From Nonlabens ponticola (GTDB lineage Bacteria > Bacteroidota > Bacteroidia > Flavobacteriales > Flavobacteriaceae): DNA of 32,000 nt. The position numbers were made by a program, and so were the translations under genes. Where the stretch lies: positions 330,001 to 362,000 of the forward strand of contig NZ_CP034549.1 of the NCBI RefSeq assembly GCF_003966335.1. Reading direction: 5' to 3'. Shown one piece after another: positions 25,576-32,000 of the stretch (position 1 is the stretch's first letter; each line of letters starts with the position of its first letter). The notes under the pieces are model-generated. The model did no database searches. It saw only the letters and a list, made by a program, of their open reading frames with translations, and was not told the DNA's origin.

Positions 25576-26330
25576 ATTCCTGCTATCTCATCACGCAGGC
25601 TATCAAGCCCTTTCTTGAGCGAGAGCATCGCTTCTTGACCTTCATGAACATCAAGATCAAAACTTAGTTTTGAATTTACTTCCCATAATTCCTTAATGTC
25701 AACGATAGGCTGCTCGATGACCGGATAATCTTTATTGAGCGAGATAAGACTAACCTGATCTGAGCCGTCTTGCTTGACCAGCTTTTTCACCACTACCGTA
25801 TCGTCTGTCACTACAACATGAATACGCGATTGATTGGCTTGTCTTATACTCTCAACAGCTTTTGCCATAACCCATTCTTCTGGTTGTAGCACGGGCAACA
25901 TACTATCACCTTTGACCTGAAAAGCCCTGTAACTACCTTCCTTGTATTGAGGTAGCGGTATATTAAAAGCTGGCAGTTCCTGATACCAGTCTGTATCCTG
26001 TACGTTGCTCGCATATCCAGCACTTGCCTTGATGGGTACCATGATCATGTTCTCACGGTCTGTGCTGTCCATCGTAATGATTTTTGGCGCTGTATTAGGA
26101 CTTGTCTCAAGCTCTTTATTATAGCTGTTACCGTATAGCCATAGCGGATTTATATTGAATTGACGTAGCAATTCTGACACAATTTTGCCGGTAATCTTCT
26201 TTTTACCACGTTCAATATCTGCAGTTGTGCTACCTGCGTCAAGCATTGATGCAAACTCACTTTGTGTTTTACCTTGATCTTCTCTTACTTGTTTAAAGCG
26301 TCGCGCCTCTATAGAAATGTCTTGTGCCAT
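25560..26330 (-). CDS. XRE/CI-type HTH + S24 peptidase repressor (non-canonical LexA-like)
   Basis: 256 aa. N-terminal HTH (KQVREDQGKTQSEFASMLDAGSTTADIERGKKK). Ala-Gly cleavage-site context VPIKASAGYA. Catalytic Ser in VKGDSMLP and Lys in VVVKKL. A ~45-aa C-terminal extension follows. Confidence 0.8.
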   Translation of the reverse strand: MAQDISIEARRFKQVREDQGKTQSEFASMLDAGSTTADIERGKKKITGKIVSELLRQFNINPLWLYGNSYNKELETSPNTAPKIITMDSTDRENMIMVPIKASAGYASNVQDTDWYQELPAFNIPLPQYKEGSYRAFQVKGDSMLPVLQPEEWVMAKAVESIRQANQSRIHVVVTDDTVVVKKLVKQDGSDQVSLISLNKDYPVIEQPIVDIKELWEVNSKLSFDLDVHEGQEAMLSLKKGLDSLRDEIAGIKKGT

Positions 26331-26350
26331 GTGACAAATATAGTAGTATT

Positions 26351-26447
26351 AGGAACATTTCCAACTTTAACAGTGGATTATTTCCTAATTATAGGATTTA
26401 TTCCATATATTTGAATCAATAATCGCAATAGTCTTAGGATTATTTCC
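26351..26447. promoter_or_regulatory. Four iterated ~12-nt motifs (AGGAwnATTTCC-like) in the divergent LexA-like/SRAP promoter region; candidate operators
   Basis: aggaacatttcc at 26351-26362, ggattatttcc at 26375-26385, aggatttattcc at 26393-26404 and aggattatttcc at 26436-26447. Copies 2 and 3 together create TCCTA-N4-TAGGA (26383-26396). Confidence 0.45.
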
Positions 26448-26460
26448 AAATATTAAAGTT

Positions 26461-27288
26461 ATGTGTGGTAGAGCTTCAGTAATTACGCCTCAAGCATTGT
26501 TAGAGAGACGTTTTGATTCCGCTTTCGCGAAAGCGGGATTATTAAAAGAAAACATTAACACAAGTGTAGGTGAAGAAATTCCTGTTATAACTATGCAGGA
26601 TCCTAAGCAGATTCAATTGTTCACTTGGGGTTTCACACCGCACTGGGCACATAAACAGACTTATCTCATAAACGCCCGTGCAGAAGGTGGGCGCAACGAA
26701 GAAAATGATCGTAATTATAAAGGCACAATGGGCATATTTAACAAGCCTATGTTTAGACATGCAATAAGATCGCAACGTTGTATCATATTAGTAGATGCGA
26801 TTATTGAAGGGCCTAAACAGCAAAAGCTTAACAAGCCGTATGTTATTTATCCTAATCGTGATCGTGGACCATTTGCCATTGCTGGAATTTATGACACATG
26901 GCGACACCCATTGTCTGGTGAATTGCATCACACAGTAGCGATGATAACTACAGCTGGCAATCGCATTACCAGCGCGATAGGACATCATAGGGCACCGCTT
27001 ATTCTTAAAAAAAGCGATGAGAAAAAATGGTTAGACCCATCACTTGATGTAAAGGAAATTAGCTCCATGATGAAGCCATTTAATGACAACGGTTTTAATG
27101 CTTACCCTATATCATCTAGTATAAAGCAACCCAGTGCAAATGGACTGGAGTTACTCAAGCCTATAGGTGATAAATTGGTAAAAGATTATGACCGTGGCTT
27201 CTATGACAGGTATAAATACATGAGCGATCTACCTAGTACTATAAAAGAAGAGCGATTAGTAGAAGGTGATCAATTTGTTTTATTCTAA
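26461..27288 (+). CDS. SOS response-associated peptidase (SRAP; YedK/HMCES family) with an extended C-terminus
   Basis: 275 aa. Invariant N-terminal MCGR (catalytic Cys2). SRAP-like core (FTWGFTPHW, NARAE, FAIAGIYD, MITT.AN, IGHHRAPLIL). The extra ~50 aa end in QFVLF. Confidence 0.85.
   Translation: MCGRASVITPQALLERRFDSAFAKAGLLKENINTSVGEEIPVITMQDPKQIQLFTWGFTPHWAHKQTYLINARAEGGRNEENDRNYKGTMGIFNKPMFRHAIRSQRCIILVDAIIEGPKQQKLNKPYVIYPNRDRGPFAIAGIYDTWRHPLSGELHHTVAMITTAGNRITSAIGHHRAPLILKKSDEKKWLDPSLDVKEISSMMKPFNDNGFNAYPISSSIKQPSANGLELLKPIGDKLVKDYDRGFYDRYKYMSDLPSTIKEERLVEGDQFVLF
26521..26534. repeat. GCTTTCGCGAAAGC palindrome, perfect copy inside the SRAP gene codons 21-25 (read as AFAKA)
   Basis: Exact 14-mer, offset 60 nt from the ATG, giving SAFAKAGL. 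Confidence 0.95.
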
Positions 27289-27293
27289 TAGAT

Positions 27294-27566
27294 ATGACGA
27301 CAACTGCTGCAGAGGATTTAAAAATCAATCTACTTCAACAGGTCAATAATAAGATTGATGACCTCAAACCAAACTCAGCGAAATCAACAGTGAGTTGGAA
27401 AGAAAAAATTAATCTCACGAATCAATTATGGAGCAGCATTAATTTGCTCTTATGTGATATTATATTAGATGATGATAGCATAGTATCTTCTGGAAACTTA
27501 CATGCTGTGCTTCAAGAAATGGAACCCACCATCAATGAATTGGTCATCACTCATATGGTAGAGTGA
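27294..27566 (+). CDS. Hypothetical 90-aa protein, apparently co-transcribed with the SRAP gene
   Basis: ATG 5 nt after the SRAP stop, same strand. No recognisable motif. The coding call rests on position and ORF length only. Confidence 0.4.
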   Translation: MTTTAAEDLKINLLQQVNNKIDDLKPNSAKSTVSWKEKINLTNQLWSSINLLLCDIILDDDSIVSSGNLHAVLQEMEPTINELVITHMVE

Positions 27567-27630
27567 AAGGGTAACGTCACTTACAATCTTTGTATATGAC
27601 CACTTAAGCCGAATCAGAAATATTCTTAGA

Positions 27631-29169
27631 CTAGCGTTGCCACAAACTTGAGAAGTTAAAACTAAGACCGATATTAAAGTTAGTGCTATTAGTATCACCA
27701 TCTAGCGCGATAAACCTACCACCTGATACAACTAGTGAAAGATTAGGATCTAGAACGTATAATAGTCCTATGGTAGGTCGCATAACAATTCCTTCACCTG
27801 TGTCGACACCTGCGCCACCAGCTGCACCACCTAGAAATTCACCGTAAAATCTTGCTTTGTCGTTGAAGAATGAAGGTGAATAAAATCCTAGGCCGCCCAT
27901 TCCATGTGCATAACCACCAGATTCACCAGCATAAGCAAAACCGGTTTCACCAGTCAAATACACATATGGTGACAAATCAAAATTGAATTTTACCGCCAGT
28001 AGTTGTAAGTCGACTTCTTCCAATCCGTTAGGACTATCAGTTTTGGCAATGTCTAGATAGGTTTGGTTTTGTAGCTCGACTCGTATTCCTTGAGATTTTG
28101 TTTTGATGTTGGAACTATTGTCAGGAGATCGTGAGCCACCGACTAGATTGACATACTTCAATCCGACTCCATACGTGTATGCTTCAAGATCACCGTCAAG
28201 CGCTCTATAATAGCCACCGCGACCTGTGAGGTAAATTTTTGAATGGAGTTTTAAGTCCAATCCAGCCTCTGGCCATATGGTTAATCCACCTTCTGGAAAT
28301 ACACGACCGCCACCTGCACCGATTGCAAATTTGGTGAACAAGTTCAGGTAGTTTGTGTCCACGATATTGTAGCCACCTCCCAAAAAGATATCCATATAAC
28401 CGGCGCGCAGTCCTTTATAAATGGCGTCCGTACGCACATATAGATATGTGTTGCTTTTTAAGTATTTCTGGTATTCAAATCCTGCGCTATATAAATTGCG
28501 TTGCAAATCATTACCGCGGTCATCTTTTGAATCTCCCATTGTGTGTAGAACGTCTAGCCTACCCATAAGCACTGTTTTGACAGCCGGCTCATTCCATAAT
28601 TCATTATCTAGATTCAGATCGTATTGCTTTCCTGCATCCTTATAGTCTGATACTTTGAATAGACTAGGAACATCAACAAATATCGAAACAGCGTTATCTT
28701 CAATCTCGCCAGTGTAAAAATTGAAGTGATTATATGCTAGGCCTACCGCAAAGTCGTTGAACTTATATTTAACACCTGCACTAGCATTAATCAAAGCACC
28801 GTCATTGACAAGAAACCTATAGCCACCACCACCTGCAAAATGAAAATTAGCGTCTGCGTGTAAGTTACCCACGAGTCTAGTAGTCGCACCTAGCTCTACT
28901 CCTAGTGTAAATAATCCACCTTGATCACCCGTGATAGCTTTGTGAAATCCAGCTCCCGCATAAAGCCAGTTATTAATTGGAACTTGGTATCGCAAACCAA
29001 CGATACCCATGCGATCATCAAGTTGCGGAAACTCATCTATAGGCATCTCCACAGACAGGAAGCTCAAGCGAACGTTATTTTTTAATACTCTGGGATTTGT
29101 TGTGGACGTATTTTGAGAGATTGCTTGATATGCAATCACAAACAAGCACAAAAACAGGATCTTTTTCAT
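27631..29169 (-). CDS. Hypothetical outer-membrane beta-barrel-like protein with an apparent threefold internal repeat
   Basis: 512 aa. Signal peptide MKKILFLCLFVIAYQAISQ. Gly/aromatic-rich alternating strands. Recurring ..GGGGYRF.., ..GAGGGRVF.. and ..GGAAGGAGV.. segments, and ..RALDGD...GVGLKY / ..IALDGD...NIGLSF endings. Confidence 0.6.
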   Translation of the reverse strand: MKKILFLCLFVIAYQAISQNTSTTNPRVLKNNVRLSFLSVEMPIDEFPQLDDRMGIVGLRYQVPINNWLYAGAGFHKAITGDQGGLFTLGVELGATTRLVGNLHADANFHFAGGGGYRFLVNDGALINASAGVKYKFNDFAVGLAYNHFNFYTGEIEDNAVSIFVDVPSLFKVSDYKDAGKQYDLNLDNELWNEPAVKTVLMGRLDVLHTMGDSKDDRGNDLQRNLYSAGFEYQKYLKSNTYLYVRTDAIYKGLRAGYMDIFLGGGYNIVDTNYLNLFTKFAIGAGGGRVFPEGGLTIWPEAGLDLKLHSKIYLTGRGGYYRALDGDLEAYTYGVGLKYVNLVGGSRSPDNSSNIKTKSQGIRVELQNQTYLDIAKTDSPNGLEEVDLQLLAVKFNFDLSPYVYLTGETGFAYAGESGGYAHGMGGLGFYSPSFFNDKARFYGEFLGGAAGGAGVDTGEGIVMRPTIGLLYVLDPNLSLVVSGGRFIALDGDTNSTNFNIGLSFNFSSLWQR

Positions 29170-29230
29170 ATCTGCAAAATACTGAGATTAAGAGGGGCCA
29201 ATCGAAAATAGACAACTTTAACTTGGTAAA

Positions 29231-29263
29231 ACAAAAAATCCCAACCATTACTGATTGGGATTT
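29231..29263 (-). terminator. Rho-independent terminator immediately 3' of tRNA-Asn
   Basis: Stem aaatcccaa(29236-29244)/ttgggattt(29255-29263). On the minus strand the hairpin is followed by a T-run. Confidence 0.7.
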
Positions 29264-29267
29264 GAAG

Positions 29268-29341
29268 CTCCTCCTCTTGGGCTCGAACCAAGGACCCTCT
29301 GATTAACAGTCAGATGCTCTAACCAACTGAGCTAAGGAGGA
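29268..29341 (-). tRNA. tRNA-Asn (anticodon GTT)
   Basis: Manual cloverleaf on the reverse complement. Acceptor TCCTCCT/AGGAGGA, D stem GCTC/GAGC, anticodon stem TCTGA/TCAGA with loop CTGTTAA, T stem CTTGG/CCAAG with loop TTCGAGC, discriminator G. 74 nt; CCA is not encoded. Confidence 0.9.
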
Positions 29342-29382
29342 CTGTGATATACACAAACTCAAGCTATTTGCTTAAGCGAGGG

Positions 29383-29390
29383 CAAATATA
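29383..29390 (-). promoter_or_regulatory. Candidate -7 box TATATTTG (TAnnTTTG) upstream of tRNA-Asn
   Basis: Plus strand reads CAAATATA. Lies ~41 nt upstream of the mature tRNA 5' end. Confidence 0.3.
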
Positions 29391-29440
29391 ATATGTTTTA
29401 AAAATGTGTGCCAATATTTTGGATAAAATTTTGATCGGCT

Positions 29441-30784
29441 CTAGGAACCAAACAACCATTTATACACATCGTTACCGTTGGCGTACAACATAAGTACCAG
29501 CAGTAGCAATATTCCTATGATTTGTGCACGCTCAAGGAACTTATCGCCTGGTTTGCGACCAGTAATGATCTCATAAAGTAAAAACATCACATGACCACCA
29601 TCAAGTGCTGGGATAGGCAAAATATTCATCACGGCGAGTATAAAAGATATAAGAGCTGTCGTGCTCCAAAATTCTAACCAATTAAATGTATCAGGATACA
29701 ATTTCGCAATGGTCCCAAAACCGCCTAGCTGCCCTGCGCCTTTCTTAGTAAATACATATTTGAACTGCACCACATAATCATGCATCGTCCAGTATCCACG
29801 AGAGACTCCGGCCACGAGACTTTCCCCTAAAGAATATTCCCTTGTTTTCAGATCAACTATTTCTCTCATATCCATGAAAGAATAGATACCAAAACCGTTG
29901 GCAATTCGTGACGAACTTAAATTGACATTGATTTCTCTTCGTTGACCATCACTTACTGCAACCATTGTGAAGGTAGAGTCAGGAGTGACAAAGTTATTCA
30001 TGGCATAAGCAACATCCGTCTGATATTCTACAGGATACCCAGCGACGGATTCAATTTTATCTCCTAGCTTCAAATTAATAGAATCAGCAATTGATCCCTT
30101 AACGATAGAGTCAAGTGCCATAGGCCTTCTATACGCAAAAGCTCCATTGACCCCGTCATTAAACATGCGATCACCTATGTCGTCTGGAATTGAAATCTCT
30201 ACTGGTTGACCTTCACGTAATACAGTAACTGTCTCAACATCTCTGAAAACTAAATATTTACTCAGGTCGCGTGCATAAGGTAATGTATCGCCATTCACAA
30301 GATAAGGTTGATCACCTTGCTCAAAGCCAATCTTCTCTAGCGTCGTTGGAAAACCAAAACCATATTTAAAATCATCACCTGTCGCTTCAAGTGTTCCCTG
30401 CGAGTAAATGATTCCAGCATAAATAATAAAACCTACTAATACATTGACAATAACACCACCTAACATTACAATCAATCGTTGCCATGCTGGTTTTGATCTA
30501 AATTCCCATGGTTGTGCCGGTTGTGCCATCTGCTCCTTATCCATGCTCTCATCGATCATACCAGCGATCTTTACATAACCGCCTAGAGGCAACCACCCAA
30601 TTCCATAAACGGTATCGCCTATCTTTTTCTTGAATAGAGAGAATTTAATGTCAAAAAATAGGTAGAATTTCTCCACCTTGATCTTAAATAATCTGGCAGG
30701 AATAAAGTGACCTAACTCATGCAGCACGATTAGTAAGGAAAGACTCATCAAGAAATTGATGATTAAAACAACAGTAGGATGCAT
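29441..30784 (-). CDS. rseP: RIP (site-2) zinc metalloprotease RseP, M50 family with a PDZ domain
   Basis: HELGHF motif at residues ~21-26 of the trimmed protein. C-terminal NILPIPALDGG motif. Start moved to the ATG at 30784 (MHPTVVLIINF..). Confidence 0.9.
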   Translation of the reverse strand: MHPTVVLIINFLMSLSLLIVLHELGHFIPARLFKIKVEKFYLFFDIKFSLFKKKIGDTVYGIGWLPLGGYVKIAGMIDESMDKEQMAQPAQPWEFRSKPAWQRLIVMLGGVIVNVLVGFIIYAGIIYSQGTLEATGDDFKYGFGFPTTLEKIGFEQGDQPYLVNGDTLPYARDLSKYLVFRDVETVTVLREGQPVEISIPDDIGDRMFNDGVNGAFAYRRPMALDSIVKGSIADSINLKLGDKIESVAGYPVEYQTDVAYAMNNFVTPDSTFTMVAVSDGQRREINVNLSSSRIANGFGIYSFMDMREIVDLKTREYSLGESLVAGVSRGYWTMHDYVVQFKYVFTKKGAGQLGGFGTIAKLYPDTFNWLEFWSTTALISFILAVMNILPIPALDGGHVMFLLYEIITGRKPGDKFLERAQIIGILLLLVLMLYANGNDVYKWLFGS

Positions 30785-30886
30785 AGAGCAGATTAGGTTA
30801 ACAGCCTGCAAAAATAAGTTTTTATACGCTTACTTTAAAAGTGTTGCATGCTCACAACAAAAAGAGAGAAATCAAACGCTTATCTA

Positions 30887-32000
30887 TTACTGCACAAGTA
30901 GAGACCTAGTTAATAGAGTGGTATCGTCCAGCATGATTTTCACCAGATACATTCCAGGTGTCGCAGGAACTTCAAATCGGCTGGCATTGGCATCTTGATA
31001 TTGATCCACTATTCTACCTTGCAAATCATATATGATGAGCTGCTCCATCCTACCTTCCATTCCATCCACAATAAAATAATCACGCGCTGGATTGGGGTAT
31101 AACCTGAGTTGTGCCGTATCAAAATCATCCATACTCAAAGTCGCCGTATTCTGACTTGAAATGATTTTAGTTTCTGGATCAATCATTACATCAGTGACTG
31201 CAAAGTCAATATCGTCAAGCACGATTTGTATTTGATTTGCATTTATATCTACCAGAATATCTCTTGTCTGGTTCTCACCTACAAGTCGCAGTGGCAATTG
31301 ACCCTCAAATAAATCTACACTCTCGTGACTCGTGGTCTGTTCGATATCTAGGCTCACTTCTAGATTTTGATCCTGTGAATAGGTGACCTGATAAGATGGG
31401 TGACCTTCATCATAAATCCAATCGTCAAAAAACTCTCGAAGATCTTGACCGCTTGTAACTTCTGCAACTCTTAGGAAATCCTCTGTTTTGGCATAGTCAA
31501 AAGCCAATGCGTTATTATTCAGGAAATTTTTAAGCACGCTATTAAATACATCGGCACCCAATCGATCTTCAAGCATATTGAGTACCATGGCTCCTTTATT
31601 ATAACTCAGTCTGCCATTAAAAACTCTTGAAACGCTTAAGGTATCGGCCGCGGGAACATAAACGCTACCGTCTGGCGCGCTGGTGATGGATCTAAGTCTG
31701 CTTTCTCGCCAGCTTTTAAATGAATCTTCTCCCTTTAATTTTTGTATCGCTTTTCCATTTGCATAGGTAGCAAAGCTCTCATTAATCCATATATCTTGCC
31801 AACTGCCGCAGGTCACCTTATTACCAAACCATTGATGCGCTAGCTCGTGAGCGGTCAAATTAAAACTAAATGTACCCATGAATGATATGGTAGTATGTTC
31901 CATGCCACCATTCCAACCAAATTGCGCATGTCCATATTTCTCATCCTTAAAAGGATAAACACCATAAGATTCTTCAAAAAATGACATCATCGGTGGTGTC
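30887..32000 (-). CDS. M1-family zinc aminopeptidase with a T9SS C-terminal sorting domain (5' end lies beyond the window)
   Basis: Gluzincin motif HELAHQWFGN..(18)..E. The C-terminal ~80 aa (LRLYPNPARDYFIV...GMYLVKIMLDD..LLVQ) resemble a Por/T9SS tail. The reading frame stays open to position 32000. Confidence 0.85.
   Translation of the reverse strand, partial: TPPMMSFFEESYGVYPFKDEKYGHAQFGWNGGMEHTTISFMGTFSFNLTAHELAHQWFGNKVTCGSWQDIWINESFATYANGKAIQKLKGEDSFKSWRESRLRSITSAPDGSVYVPAADTLSVSRVFNGRLSYNKGAMVLNMLEDRLGADVFNSVLKNFLNNNALAFDYAKTEDFLRVAEVTSGQDLREFFDDWIYDEGHPSYQVTYSQDQNLEVSLDIEQTTSHESVDLFEGQLPLRLVGENQTRDILVDINANQIQIVLDDIDFAVTDVMIDPETKIISSQNTATLSMDDFDTAQLRLYPNPARDYFIVDGMEGRMEQLIIYDLQGRIVDQYQDANASRFEVPATPGMYLVKIMLDDTTLLTRSLLVQ

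Noticed and set aside
2556-26534. GCTTTCGCGAAAGC as parS (ParB binding) sites
   Set aside because: The half-sites TTTC/GAAA resemble the parS consensus TGTTTCACGTGAAACA, but the central spacing differs (GC versus ACGT). One copy per ~3 kb through ordinary genes is also far denser than any parS cluster I know of. It is kept only as a remote alternative.
24617-29341. Possible genomic island integrated at tRNA-Asn (acidic lipoproteins, LexA-like/CI-like repressor, SRAP, OMP)
   Set aside because: I could find no integrase, excisionase or phage structural genes, and no direct repeat of the tRNA 3' end. The tRNA's 3' end also points away from most of this block.

Overview
This window looks like a chromosomal segment of a marine Flavobacteriia-type Bacteroidota genome. 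Supporting signs are T9SS C-terminal sorting domains, TonB-dependent receptors with CarboxypepD_reg N-termini, TAnnTTTG-like -7 boxes, weak or absent Shine-Dalgarno sequences and low GC. Most genes are housekeeping: a PiT-family phosphate transporter, dgt, dxs, tadA, aspS, waaA/kdtA, a DegT-type aminotransferase, rseP, tRNA-Asn, an ABC1/UbiB kinase with a TetR neighbour, an amidohydrolase and an M1 aminopeptidase (cut by the window edge). More accessory-looking content includes a TonB-dependent receptor with a partner lipoprotein, a BNR/Asp-box T9SS cargo protein and a ParE-like toxin-antitoxin pair. It also includes three tandem small acidic lipoproteins, an XRE-HTH/S24 (non-canonical LexA-like) repressor divergent from an SRAP (YedK/HMCES-family) gene plus a 90-aa ORF, and an internally repeated outer-membrane protein. 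I found no CRISPR array, IS element, integrase, rRNA or recognisable multi-gene defence locus. The most unusual signal is not a gene. A perfect 14-bp palindrome, GCTTTCGCGAAAGC, occurs 8 times, plus one 13/14 copy and one copy split by a nested hairpin. It lies in spacers and inside conserved housekeeping genes in all three reading frames, and it writes AFAKA, FRES or LSRK into unrelated proteins. This resembles cyanobacterial HIP1 or DNA-uptake sequences and is far above chance expectation. Secondary points are iterated operator-like motifs between the LexA-like and SRAP genes, a beta-clamp-binding-like QFVLF C-terminus on the SRAP protein, and a Met/Asp/Glu heptad repeat in one acidic lipoprotein. 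All functional calls rest on motif recognition by eye. No database search was possible.
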